A program made the translations under genes and the position numbers. From a virus (Duplodnaviria > Caudoviricetes): a stretch of DNA of 46,359 nucleotides. Within the stretch, counting starts at the first letter, position 1. The number at the start of each line of letters is the position of its first letter. Below the pieces are notes generated by a model, which saw only the letters and a program-made list of their open reading frames with translations, had not been told where the DNA came from and searched no databases. The DNA is taken from positions 1 to 46,359 of IMG/VR virus record IMGVR_UViG_3300037424_000570, one strand, 5' to 3'. Shown one piece after another: positions 1 through 9,168 of this stretch.

Positions 1-127
1 CCCGCGCTTCGATGGTCTCCTGGCAGTTCTCGCCAATGATCTTGTAGAAGTTGGCGGTGAACTGGTCGAAGGATTCGATTTTGAGTTGCTGGGAAGATTG
101 AAGCGCCTCGCCGCGCGAGGTCTTGTC
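1..127. repeat. Terminal direct repeat, copy 1 (circular assembly overlap)
   Basis: 1-127 is identical to 46233-46359, and the capsid ORF reads in frame across the junction. Confidence 0.97.
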
Positions 128-394
128 AATGCTGACCAGGGCATCATAGATCACCTGCGGGGTCAGGTCCGTGATCTGGCTCAAGGTGCTGGAGCCGATG
201 GACATGCCTGACTGCACCGGGAAGTACGTGGTGCTGGACCGCATGATGTCATCCATCGTCATCCCTGGGACGTATTTGGTATAGTCTACGGCGGTCTGCG
301 CGTAGAGCATTGGAGCCTTTGCGCCCTCAAGGAAGCTCTCGTTGTAACGAGCGATGATGGAGTTGATGCTCGGTGAAGTAGTGGTTTGAGGCAT
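1..394 (-). CDS. Major capsid protein, N-terminal part (continues at 46232-45370; ~418 aa total)
   Basis: ATG at 394 with GGAGG RBS. MPQTTTSPSINSIIARYNESFLEGAKAPMLYAQ... is open to base 1 and in frame with the 45370 ORF; lies directly after the scaffold gene. Confidence 0.85.
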   Translation of the reverse strand, partial: MPQTTTSPSINSIIARYNESFLEGAKAPMLYAQTAVDYTKYVPGMTMDDIMRSSTTYFPVQSGMSIGSSTLSQITDLTPQVIYDALVSIDKTSRGEALQSSQQLKIESFDQFTANFYKIIGENCQETIEAR

Positions 395-407
395 CTAGCC
401 CTCCTGA

Positions 408-1136
408 TTATTTTCTGTTGCGGTGCAGGGCCTCCAATTCCAGGTTGATCTGTTTGCGTTCAGCCGCTAGCTGTTTGTTCTTCCCAAATGGATCTGCCCG
501 TTGGATTTCCGTCAACCGCTTCGTAATGTTTTCCTCCAGGTTCCCGCCCGGCGCAGCTCCCTGTGTGGAAGTCACGCGATCCGGGTTCCCTGTCGGCGTC
601 GGCTGTACAGGCGGCTGCTCCACGACTCTCCCCAATCGCTGCGCCTTCCTCGCCATCGCCTTATCGAACGCGGCTTTGAAGGCGGCTTTGTCCAGGGACT
701 TCAAGTTCGGGTCTGAGAGTTCCGGATCTCCCGGTCTCAGCGCAAACTTGTGTCGCATGATCTGCTCCGCCGTATACAGATTGATTTCTTCGACATCTTC
801 GGGGGTAGGTGGTGGACCCGAAGGCGGTTGAGCAACCGTCTCCGCATCCAGCGGCTTCTCAAGCTCGGCCATTGCCAACTTGGTTCGCCCCTGGGCCATC
901 ATATTATCTGTGACTTCGATGCCCTGAGCGCGCATGGCTTCCGCCCAACTCTGAACCCGCTCTTCCAACTTGCCTATCCGTTTGTCTTTCGTGCTCTGGA
1001 TAGCCTTCAGGAGTTCGTCCTTCATGCTAACCAGTTCATCCTTCGTAACGTATGCTGGCTGCACCTCCGGCTGTTGCTCCAAATGCTGCTCTGCGTCTGG
1101 GACGGCAGAAAATGCAGTCAAAGTATCGTCACTCAT
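408..1136 (-). CDS. Capsid scaffolding protein
   Basis: Acidic, helical, Pro-rich 242 aa immediately upstream of the capsid gene; AAGGAG RBS. Confidence 0.7.
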   Translation of the reverse strand: MSDDTLTAFSAVPDAEQHLEQQPEVQPAYVTKDELVSMKDELLKAIQSTKDKRIGKLEERVQSWAEAMRAQGIEVTDNMMAQGRTKLAMAELEKPLDAETVAQPPSGPPPTPEDVEEINLYTAEQIMRHKFALRPGDPELSDPNLKSLDKAAFKAAFDKAMARKAQRLGRVVEQPPVQPTPTGNPDRVTSTQGAAPGGNLEENITKRLTEIQRADPFGKNKQLAAERKQINLELEALHRNRK

Positions 1137-1177
1137 GATTACTCCTTTCGCGTGGTAAGGTGCTGCGTTCTGTTTTG

Positions 1178-1203
1178 ATTAATCCGATTAATTATAACAC
1201 AGT
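1178..1203 (-). promoter_or_regulatory. Late promoter (TGtTATAAT) with palindromic operator ATTAATC-C-GATTAAT
   Basis: Extended -10 upstream of scaffold/capsid; 19 bp (1178-1196) identical to 13899-13917. Confidence 0.7.
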
Positions 1204-1241
1204 TTTGCTACAGCGTATTGGTTGTGCTACAGTAGATAGTG

Positions 1242-1341
1242 TGATAGAATAAGAGAGCGGGAAGGCATTGGTCAGCAAAAGGCTGCTCGATCACAGGCTT
1301 CCCGCAAGAATGCCGACCAGTGTGACGGGCAGCCTTTTGCT
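1242..1341 (+). promoter_or_regulatory. Promoter (TGaTAGAAT) plus structured two-state leader/attenuator
   Basis: 16-bp stem 1274-1289/1326-1341; the 5' segment 1257-1273 is complementary to the loop 1298-1319. Confidence 0.55.
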
Positions 1342-1357
1342 AAGGAAAGGATTGACG

Positions 1358-1549
1358 ATGAGCACGTGTGAAATATGCGGAGCAGAATTAGCATCGTTCG
1401 ACTGGACGATTGATAGTCCGCTCGTCGCTGAGATAACTTGCGAGAACGGACACACCACTTCGCGTGGGATATGGTGGTTCTGGGATCGGCCTATACCCAA
1501 ACTGGAGGATCACTCCACCCGCATCCCCAACGACTCAGCCCAGGCGTAG
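1358..1549 (+). CDS. Small putative Zn-ribbon protein (63 aa)
   Basis: CEIC...CENGH motif; purine-rich RBS; has its own promoter. Confidence 0.55.
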   Translation: MSTCEICGAELASFDWTIDSPLVAEITCENGHTTSRGIWWFWDRPIPKLEDHSTRIPNDSAQA

Positions 1550-4500
1550 AACCCCTCTCCCGGTCTGCCGATCTGCTCCCACACGTACCGGGCGAACCGC
1601 ATCTCGCCGATAGTCAGCGCCCTGCCCAACTGCGCCGCCGACAGCGAGAACCCGAACCCCGGATACTTCTCCATGTAGCCCTGTATTGCCGCCTGCTGGT
1701 TCTTCTCCGCGTCCGTGTCCGTGACGTACTGCTCTGTCTGCGGGAACGCGGCGAAGTAATCATCCTTCCAGGCGTTGTATTCAGTCCACGGTAAATCCCT
1801 GAACAACTTCTTGCGCTCTGCCTCGGGCAGCTCATACCCGTAGCTCATCGTCGCCGCCAGTCCGGGGAACAGTTGTTCCCGCTGCTGGTAATACATCTGC
1901 ACCGCCTGCGCATCGTTCATGGGCGGCATCTCCAGCGGCGGCGCTTCGATGACTTCCTGTCCGGGTGGGACTGGCGCTTCCCCTCCCAACTGCTGCGCCC
2001 ACATCGCCAACGTATCGCTGTCGATCAGCTCATCGTCTCCGCTCAGGAACATCTCGAAGTCAGGCCCCAACTGGTCGCGTATCGCTCGCTTGTCCAGCGT
2101 CGTGGAAGATGTGTACCTGTCCCACACCTCGTTCGTCAGCATCCCGTGCAGTCGTTCCTCCGGCTCCTTGAACAGCGCAATCCTTGCCTCATACTCCGGA
2201 TGCTCCTTGAAGAACGTATCCAGCGCCTGCTTATTGCCTGCGTGCCAGGCATCCCAGGCCGCGGAGTATTCTTCCTTCAGTCCGCGCAGTTCCAGTTCTC
2301 CGGTCGGCAGCAGGTCAGCCGGCAGCCAGCTAAACAGCGCGCTCCCGATCACGTCGGCCAGGTTGCCCTCGCCCTTCAATGCCTGCACGCCCTGATAGAG
2401 TGTCGAGATCCCCGGCGTCTTCAGCATCGTCTCGAACTGGACCCGCTGAACGGCCTGGTCGAATGCCTCCCCGCTGCGCTCGATCATCGCTGTGCTGGCG
2501 TCCCTTGCCGTGATAACTCCATCTGCGGCCATGTTCGCAAGCTGGCGGTCGATGTAATAGTCGCCCCACTTCCCGAACTGCGAGATACCCGCGCCCCTCT
2601 TATACGCCGCTTCCACGTCCAGCTTGGAGAAGCCCTGGATCCCAGTCGCGGCGGCCAGCGCCTGCGCCAGTCTGCTGGGCGGGAACGGTCCCACTTCTTC
2701 TGGCTTGCCCTGCAACAGCTTCTGCGGGATGCTGATGTACAGCGCCGGTGACAGGAACATGCTCATATAGTCCAGCGCGTCGCCGCCCTCGCTCTCCTGT
2801 GCGGCCATCAGCGCCCGCTCCCACACCGGCCCGCTCTTATTCAATTGCGCCTGTCTGCCCGCATCCTCGTTCACGTCGCCCGTCTTGATCCAATCGTTCA
2901 GCAGGTCATAGGCCTTATTCTCGAAGCTGTGCTGCTCCTGCATGATGCGCTCGAACGGCCTGAGCATCTCCATGAACGGGAACACTTTAGCCAGCGGATT
3001 GACGTACACACCGCCGCCTGCCCACTCCGGCAGTCCGGGGAATGGTATTCTCAGCTTGCCGCGCACCCGGCTGGCAATTGGCAGCTTGTCGTCCTGTCCC
3101 TGGCTCATGAAGTTAGCCATGCGTGCGAAGAACGCCAGCATACCCGGCCTGTCTGCGCTTCTCATCGCCCAGTTCTGCATCGTCCTGGTGAACCAGAATT
3201 GATACGGCGCGTAGGCGGTGAGCACCCGGTCGAAGTTGTATCGCTTGTCGTAGTTGAGCAGAGAGAAGTCACGCTGCGCCTGTGACACGTTGAGGGCAAC
3301 GTTGTGCGCCTGCGCCAGTCCCTGCTTGCTGTCCTGGTATAGCTTGCGCACGATCTGCTGTCCCTGCGGGTTGAGGAACTCGAACCCATAGCGCCCGCCG
3401 CCCGTGTCATTCAGCATGGAATTGAACAGCGCATTGATACCCGGCTTCATGTAGGCGTGGATCGCCTCGCTGTTCAGCTCGTAGTCGTACACGAAGTCAT
3501 TGATACCGAGCGCGTCTGACATGCCAGGGGCGATGTCGTGAGGCTGTTGCTGGAACTGCGGAGGTTGCGCGGCTTCAATTGGCGCGGCTGGCTCAGCCTT
3601 CGCCTCCACCCGGCTGCGTATCGTCTCGTTCGCCACGTCCCAGGGCACATCGTGCAGCGCAGCGTACTGGCGGTATTCGAAGGCGGACTTGATTTGGTCG
3701 GGGGAGAAAGCTATAAAAGACCTACCCCCAAATTCCTCATCTGAGACAATAATTCCGTCATGCCCTAACCTTTTGAGATTGTCTATGAATTCTTTCGGGC
3801 CTCCTTCATCCAATACGATTTTAGCCAGATTCCAGATGCCATCATCATAGCTATAGGGATTTTTGAGCGAAAGGTTGGCAGAATAGACTCTTTTAACCCC
3901 CATCGCCTCGCTAACGTCGTGATCACTAAACCATGCACCAAGTTCTGCAAGTGCTATGGCTTCGGGATCGTTTGTATTGATACGGGTTAATTCCCCCAGT
4001 CTTGAAAAGTCGAAGGCTTCAAAGTCCTCGGTTGTAGCATGGTAAACAGTTAGCGGCGCACCGCCCTCGTCCACCACCTTGCTCTCGCCAAACCACTTCT
4101 TGAACCCTGCACCTGCATCCTTGTTAACCGCGCTCAGCAGCGCCTTATGTCCACGCGTCCACCCCAGGCCAGTCAGTATCTCCTTGCTCGCCTGGTCTGC
4201 GAACTTTACCTTGCCCTCCCAGCCACCGACGGTATCCTCAACGTGCTCGCTCAACAGTCTATCAAACACGCCGCGCATCTCGTCGGATACCTTCGCAGTC
4301 ATGGCCGGGTCGGTCTTGCCCTGCTCTTTGAAGTGCGCCCACAATTCTGTGAGCCACGTCTTGAACTTCTCGAACACGTCACGCAGCTTGAAGTTGGGCG
4401 ATACGCCTTCTTGCAGGTACTTCAGCCCAGCGTTGGAGAACGCTTCGCTGTCGCCGCCGAACTCTTTAGCCACGATTGCGAGGTCCGCATCACTCAGCTG

Positions 4501-7500
4501 CCGCTCGAACAGGTGGAACGATTCGTGCGCAAAGCTGGACACGTCGGCAGCCTCGAACATGTGGATGATTGCGCGCCCGTCTGCCAGCCACTCGATTGCG
4601 CCGCGGGTGTCTTGCGCCTTCGCCCCCTTCTGCTTCAGCATCTTCTCGACTGCCGCCGGGCTGCGCCGTATCTCTGCGATGCTCTCGCTGTACCACTGCT
4701 CAATAGTCCGCTTCGGGTCAAGCGCCGCCCATGCTCTCGCTCTCGCATCCAGGAGCGCCTTGTTAGCTCCCCGCTGTGCGGCGTCAAGCTGCGGCAGTGC
4801 ATTGTCAATCATCCACGCCAGGGCTGCGCGCGGCTCAATGTTCACGTCCGTACCCGGTAATGGCTGCGTCCTATCGTATGGGTTGGAGTCTGCGAATGCG
4901 TTCCGGCTTGCGTCGGCTGCGTCGGCGTTGTCGCCCAGTCCCCAGTTGAAATCGAACCCGCGCCGGTACACGTCCTTACCTTCCGCGTCCGACCACATGC
5001 GGATGATACGGTTCGTCATGGCGTTGCGCAACTGCTCTACCCCTGCCTTAGCCGCGGCCTCGTCTGCGAACCCGATGATGAACTCGTCCCCGCCCGGTCT
5101 CTTGCGGTAGATGTCCAGCTTCAATTCCGTGGCCTGGTCTACCATCGCCTGGATGTATGCGTCACCAGCCCTGGTGCTGATGCTGTCATTGGTGTACTTC
5201 AATGCCTTCAAGTCCAGGCTGGCAGTGACAGGGTACCTGGCATAGAACGCTTCCTGTACACCCTCCACCCCTGTCCACAGCTTAGCTCCGGTGTTGGGGT
5301 CGCGCTTGCGCGCTTCAAGTGTAGCCTTGCGCCGTTCCTTCCCAACCCAGGGCGTGCGCGGCTTCGGTTCTGCGGCTGGCTCGGGTGTCTTCACAACCTC
5401 CGGCTCCTGTACCTTCACCGGATCCACAGGCGCGGGCGCTTCCTGATTCTGTCTGTTCGTCACGGCCTCTGCCCGTCTGCGTTCCAATAGCTGGCGATAC
5501 AGCTCAGGCGCGGGCTGGATGTCACGCGCCGGCGGTCTGCCGTCAATCGCGGCGAGCAGTCTCAACGCCGCTTCCTGTCCTTCTGCGGTGGCGCGTGTCC
5601 CGGCAGGCATCAGGATCTCCTCGTAGAAGCGCGGCCACATCTCCCCTTTGCGCGCCGGCGGGGTATCGCCTACGAAATTGCGCACCTCGTCCAGCACGAT
5701 CAAGTCAGGCTCGCCCCGTTCCCAGGCGCGGAAGTCCGCCATCACACGGCGCAGATACTCTTGCGCTCCGGCTGTATCGAGCATGTACTGCTCAGCCGCC
5801 GGGCGTGTCCGCTCTCCGAACTTGCCAGCCACCATGTCTGCGAACGGCTGCGCCATGCTCTCTGTGAACTCGAACTCACGCAACGAGGACGTATCGTATG
5901 CTTTACCCAGCGTCTTCTGGACAACACCGTATTCATCCCAGAACTTGACAGTATCATAGTCCTTCGCCCGCTTCCAGAAGTCTGCCCATTGTTTCGTCCG
6001 GTTCTCGAAGAACGATCCCCACTCGCCGTTGATCCTGCCAAGTTGCGTACCAAATGTACTCATCAACTCAGGGCTGCCGCCGTTGCCTCGTATCAGCCCG
6101 GCGTAGGTTGTCTCCACCCACTTCTGGTGTTGTCTCCAACTGCGGTCGGCGTCGCTCAATTTGCCCTTGACGTAATCGCTCTTCGCCTGGCCACGCAGGG
6201 CGGAGGCGTTATCCCAGGTCATCGTCATATCGACGGCCTGCGCCACACTCATGCGCATGTTGGCATCCATGATCGAGTACAACACGTCGCCCATCACAGC
6301 CGGGTCAGCCATCACGCGGCTTGCCACTTCCATCTCGCGGCGCGGTAAATCTTTGTCCAGGTACTCGTCCAGCTTTGTTCTTAGCTGCTCTTCCAGTCCG
6401 ATGATTGCGTGCTCCGGCGTCTCGCCGCGCTCCAGCCGCTCGTTCAGCGTGTCGAAGATCCCGCTCTCACGCATGAAGTCGGCGGTTCCCTTCGTCGTCT
6501 GTGTGGCCACGTCGTTGGCGTACTTCTCAACATTCCTGGTGACTTCGTCGCCAAACATCCGGCGTTGCTGTTTAGGATTTACAGCCGTCTGTAAGTCGCG
6601 CATGAATTCATCAATCCTTGCACCCTGGCTCCTCAGTATCTCCCTGTCTGCGGGCGTAAGCACCTTTTCCATCGCCGCTTCCATCGCCAGCGGGAAAGTC
6701 TTACGATGTGCCATGTAGGTTGCCCTTGCGCTGTCCGCCTGCTCCCAGGCCGCCGCCGCTTTGGTGAACACGCCCACTGTCCGGTTGACTGCGCCGGTGG
6801 AATCAATCACGCGCTGGCTCAGGTCCTTGCCACGCGTCACGCGCCTGATCTCGTCCTTCATCTTGGAGAACTCGGTCTCTAAATGCTTGCCGCCCACGTT
6901 ATCCCAGGCCGCCTGTCCCAATCCCTCTCGCAGTCTGGCAGGAACGGCGCCCATCTTCTCGAAGTAGGCGTTGATCTCGCGCATCGAAGTCCACCCACCG
7001 ATGCCGTCATACATGCGGGTAATCATGTCGGTCGCCACGTTGTTGACGAGATAGGATGGGGAGAAGGATAGCAGCGCCAGAGACTGAACGCCTTTAGCAG
7101 CAGACAACACCCGGTCAATCGCCTTGCTCTCGGTCACGCCGAAGAACTTGGGCAACGCCTTTGCGATGTGGTCGTCAAGCTGGACGTGCAGGTGGGCGCG
7201 GTAGTGCTGGTCGTTCAGCGTCCAGGGGTTCTCCTTGAAGAACTTTGCGTAGTCGGCAATCATCGCCGCGTTCACGCCGCGCAGGTCCGGGTTCTGTGAC
7301 ATTAGGCGTTCGATTGCACGCATGGTATCCGCGTCACCGTCTCCGATCTTGCGCGCCAATACCTCGATGTCCTGCCCCATGCGGTCGGCGATGTTGCGCA
7401 GTCCCTTCAACTTCTCGTTGGCGAGGGCACGCGTGGCGTCCATGTTCCGCATAATCTTCCAATCGAAGTCGTTGAGCAGTCCCTTGTATGTGGCGAATGT

Positions 7501-9165
7501 CGGCGTGTTCATCGCCTTCGCCGCGCCGACTGCGTTCTCGAACGATCCAGTCTCGATAGACTTTATCAGGCTCTTGAACTCGACATCATTCAGGTTTGAT
7601 ACCGCGCTGCCCATCCAGTCCACGACAGCCACTGCGCCAACCTTCGCCTGCGCCTCGGGCTGTAACTCATTCAGATGTGCGTACCACGGCCACACCTTGC
7701 CCAGCAGCCCGCCGCCACGCGCCAGGTCGATCTCTCCTGTCGGCGTCAGTCCTCCGAGTGTGCGTTGCATCCAGGTCGGCGCGCCTTCCAATGTCGTGCC
7801 CTTCAACACTTCCGGGTAGAGCTGGAACGTTTTCGACGCGCCACCGTAGTATTTATCGGCCATCTTCGCGGCCTGCACCAGTGCAGTGTCGCCCGTCACT
7901 TTGCCCAGCAGCTTCAATCCACCGGTCTCCACCTTCGGGACCGCGTTCAATGGGTCGAGCAAGCTCTGCCCGATCAGGTCCATGAGCTGGCCGGAGAAAC
8001 CGTATTGCTCCTGGTACTTGCCGATGATCTCTTGATAACTCTTGCCGGGGTTTGCAATCTGTTCGGCGGTCGCCATCTGTAATAGCGCCAGCCCAGCCGC
8101 GGGCACACTGACAGGCTCAAGCTGGCCGATGGTCTGCACCTGCCCAGCCTCCGCGAACCTGACGTCCGTACTCCCCTGCGTCAACATGTCGCTCAGCCAC
8201 TCGATGTGCGCCGGCAGGTTGCCAATCTCCTTGCCAACAGGGGTGGGCGCAAGGCTCTCATACGTCAGCCTGCTCGCTTCCCATACCTGCGGGATGTTGT
8301 TCAATAATTGCTGGAAGTCTTTATCATCCGAGAGCGCCGCGTCGCCAAGCTGCCAGGCCATGCCGATGGTCTGTTCGGCCTTCTCTGCCAGCCAGTTGAG
8401 CGCCAGCAGTCCCTTCGTTCCCATCCCTTCGAGGTCGCCTATCCAATCCTGGTTGCCGAACTTTGCCCGCAGTTTGTTGTACGTGTCAGGCGAGCCAGCC
8501 ACACCCAGGCCAACGCCCAGGCCCAGCAGGCCCACGGCAGGGAGCAGCGTACCACCCGCCACCAGTGCGCCAACGCCAGCCAGCGCAGCCCACGGTGCGG
8601 TAGCCGCCAGCCCATAGAGCACGCCGGATGATTGGATCGTGGCGGTTGTCTTCTGCCATGATGGGAGTTGCGCCCACTGCTCTGGGGTATAGGTGAACGC
8701 GGGTACTGCGCCGGCAGACTGTATCGGTTGTCCTGGTTGGGGTGGGTTCAGCAGCTCAGGCGGGGCAAAGTCTCCGAGTATCGCAGTCCAGTCAATCGTG
8801 CTGTCCTTGCTCATCCACTGGCTTTCTGGAGGCGGCGCGGGCTGTTGGTTCAGTAGCTCGGCGAAGTAGTCGCCCGTCGTGGGCAACGTCCATTCGGTCC
8901 ATTCTTTATTTGAGTTGAGCCCTTTTGCGTAATTGTACGCCGCCTCCACAAAGCCCGGATCAATGCCGAAACTCTGCCAGTCAAGCCCCTGCGTGTCCGC
9001 TTGAATGGCGTTGTAGTGCATGGCAATGTTGCGCGGGTCAGTCCAGTAGCCGCGCTCAATAGGTGCGGCAGGCGCTTGCGGCGACCAGTAAGACTGCGAT
9101 GGTTCGGGTCTAACCGGTTCTTGCTGCGGCGTTGCGGTCGGAGTTGGCGACCAGTAGGAGGCCAT
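1510..9165 (-). CDS. Giant internal virion/ejection polyvalent protein (GGDEF-like, HExxH metallopeptidase and ADP-ribosyltransferase-like domains)
   Basis: 2551 aa in the portal operon; motifs RPGGDEF, AHESFH...EAF and FKKWFGESKVVDEGGAPLTVYHAT...LKNP...DGII...FSPDQIKSA. Confidence 0.8.
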   Translation of the reverse strand: MASYWSPTPTATPQQEPVRPEPSQSYWSPQAPAAPIERGYWTDPRNIAMHYNAIQADTQGLDWQSFGIDPGFVEAAYNYAKGLNSNKEWTEWTLPTTGDYFAELLNQQPAPPPESQWMSKDSTIDWTAILGDFAPPELLNPPQPGQPIQSAGAVPAFTYTPEQWAQLPSWQKTTATIQSSGVLYGLAATAPWAALAGVGALVAGGTLLPAVGLLGLGVGLGVAGSPDTYNKLRAKFGNQDWIGDLEGMGTKGLLALNWLAEKAEQTIGMAWQLGDAALSDDKDFQQLLNNIPQVWEASRLTYESLAPTPVGKEIGNLPAHIEWLSDMLTQGSTDVRFAEAGQVQTIGQLEPVSVPAAGLALLQMATAEQIANPGKSYQEIIGKYQEQYGFSGQLMDLIGQSLLDPLNAVPKVETGGLKLLGKVTGDTALVQAAKMADKYYGGASKTFQLYPEVLKGTTLEGAPTWMQRTLGGLTPTGEIDLARGGGLLGKVWPWYAHLNELQPEAQAKVGAVAVVDWMGSAVSNLNDVEFKSLIKSIETGSFENAVGAAKAMNTPTFATYKGLLNDFDWKIMRNMDATRALANEKLKGLRNIADRMGQDIEVLARKIGDGDADTMRAIERLMSQNPDLRGVNAAMIADYAKFFKENPWTLNDQHYRAHLHVQLDDHIAKALPKFFGVTESKAIDRVLSAAKGVQSLALLSFSPSYLVNNVATDMITRMYDGIGGWTSMREINAYFEKMGAVPARLREGLGQAAWDNVGGKHLETEFSKMKDEIRRVTRGKDLSQRVIDSTGAVNRTVGVFTKAAAAWEQADSARATYMAHRKTFPLAMEAAMEKVLTPADREILRSQGARIDEFMRDLQTAVNPKQQRRMFGDEVTRNVEKYANDVATQTTKGTADFMRESGIFDTLNERLERGETPEHAIIGLEEQLRTKLDEYLDKDLPRREMEVASRVMADPAVMGDVLYSIMDANMRMSVAQAVDMTMTWDNASALRGQAKSDYVKGKLSDADRSWRQHQKWVETTYAGLIRGNGGSPELMSTFGTQLGRINGEWGSFFENRTKQWADFWKRAKDYDTVKFWDEYGVVQKTLGKAYDTSSLREFEFTESMAQPFADMVAGKFGERTRPAAEQYMLDTAGAQEYLRRVMADFRAWERGEPDLIVLDEVRNFVGDTPPARKGEMWPRFYEEILMPAGTRATAEGQEAALRLLAAIDGRPPARDIQPAPELYRQLLERRRAEAVTNRQNQEAPAPVDPVKVQEPEVVKTPEPAAEPKPRTPWVGKERRKATLEARKRDPNTGAKLWTGVEGVQEAFYARYPVTASLDLKALKYTNDSISTRAGDAYIQAMVDQATELKLDIYRKRPGGDEFIIGFADEAAAKAGVEQLRNAMTNRIIRMWSDAEGKDVYRRGFDFNWGLGDNADAADASRNAFADSNPYDRTQPLPGTDVNIEPRAALAWMIDNALPQLDAAQRGANKALLDARARAWAALDPKRTIEQWYSESIAEIRRSPAAVEKMLKQKGAKAQDTRGAIEWLADGRAIIHMFEAADVSSFAHESFHLFERQLSDADLAIVAKEFGGDSEAFSNAGLKYLQEGVSPNFKLRDVFEKFKTWLTELWAHFKEQGKTDPAMTAKVSDEMRGVFDRLLSEHVEDTVGGWEGKVKFADQASKEILTGLGWTRGHKALLSAVNKDAGAGFKKWFGESKVVDEGGAPLTVYHATTEDFEAFDFSRLGELTRINTNDPEAIALAELGAWFSDHDVSEAMGVKRVYSANLSLKNPYSYDDGIWNLAKIVLDEGGPKEFIDNLKRLGHDGIIVSDEEFGGRSFIAFSPDQIKSAFEYRQYAALHDVPWDVANETIRSRVEAKAEPAAPIEAAQPPQFQQQPHDIAPGMSDALGINDFVYDYELNSEAIHAYMKPGINALFNSMLNDTGGGRYGFEFLNPQGQQIVRKLYQDSKQGLAQAHNVALNVSQAQRDFSLLNYDKRYNFDRVLTAYAPYQFWFTRTMQNWAMRSADRPGMLAFFARMANFMSQGQDDKLPIASRVRGKLRIPFPGLPEWAGGGVYVNPLAKVFPFMEMLRPFERIMQEQHSFENKAYDLLNDWIKTGDVNEDAGRQAQLNKSGPVWERALMAAQESEGGDALDYMSMFLSPALYISIPQKLLQGKPEEVGPFPPSRLAQALAAATGIQGFSKLDVEAAYKRGAGISQFGKWGDYYIDRQLANMAADGVITARDASTAMIERSGEAFDQAVQRVQFETMLKTPGISTLYQGVQALKGEGNLADVIGSALFSWLPADLLPTGELELRGLKEEYSAAWDAWHAGNKQALDTFFKEHPEYEARIALFKEPEERLHGMLTNEVWDRYTSSTTLDKRAIRDQLGPDFEMFLSGDDELIDSDTLAMWAQQLGGEAPVPPGQEVIEAPPLEMPPMNDAQAVQMYYQQREQLFPGLAATMSYGYELPEAERKKLFRDLPWTEYNAWKDDYFAAFPQTEQYVTDTDAEKNQQAAIQGYMEKYPGFGFSLSAAQLGRALTIGEMRFARYVWEQIGRPGEGFYAWAESLGMRVE

Positions 9166-9168
9166 AGA

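Noticed and set aside
1873-8631. Long plus-strand ORFs (e.g. 1873-2751, 4079-5110)
   Set aside because: Antisense shadows of the GC-rich giant gene, without RBS or motifs
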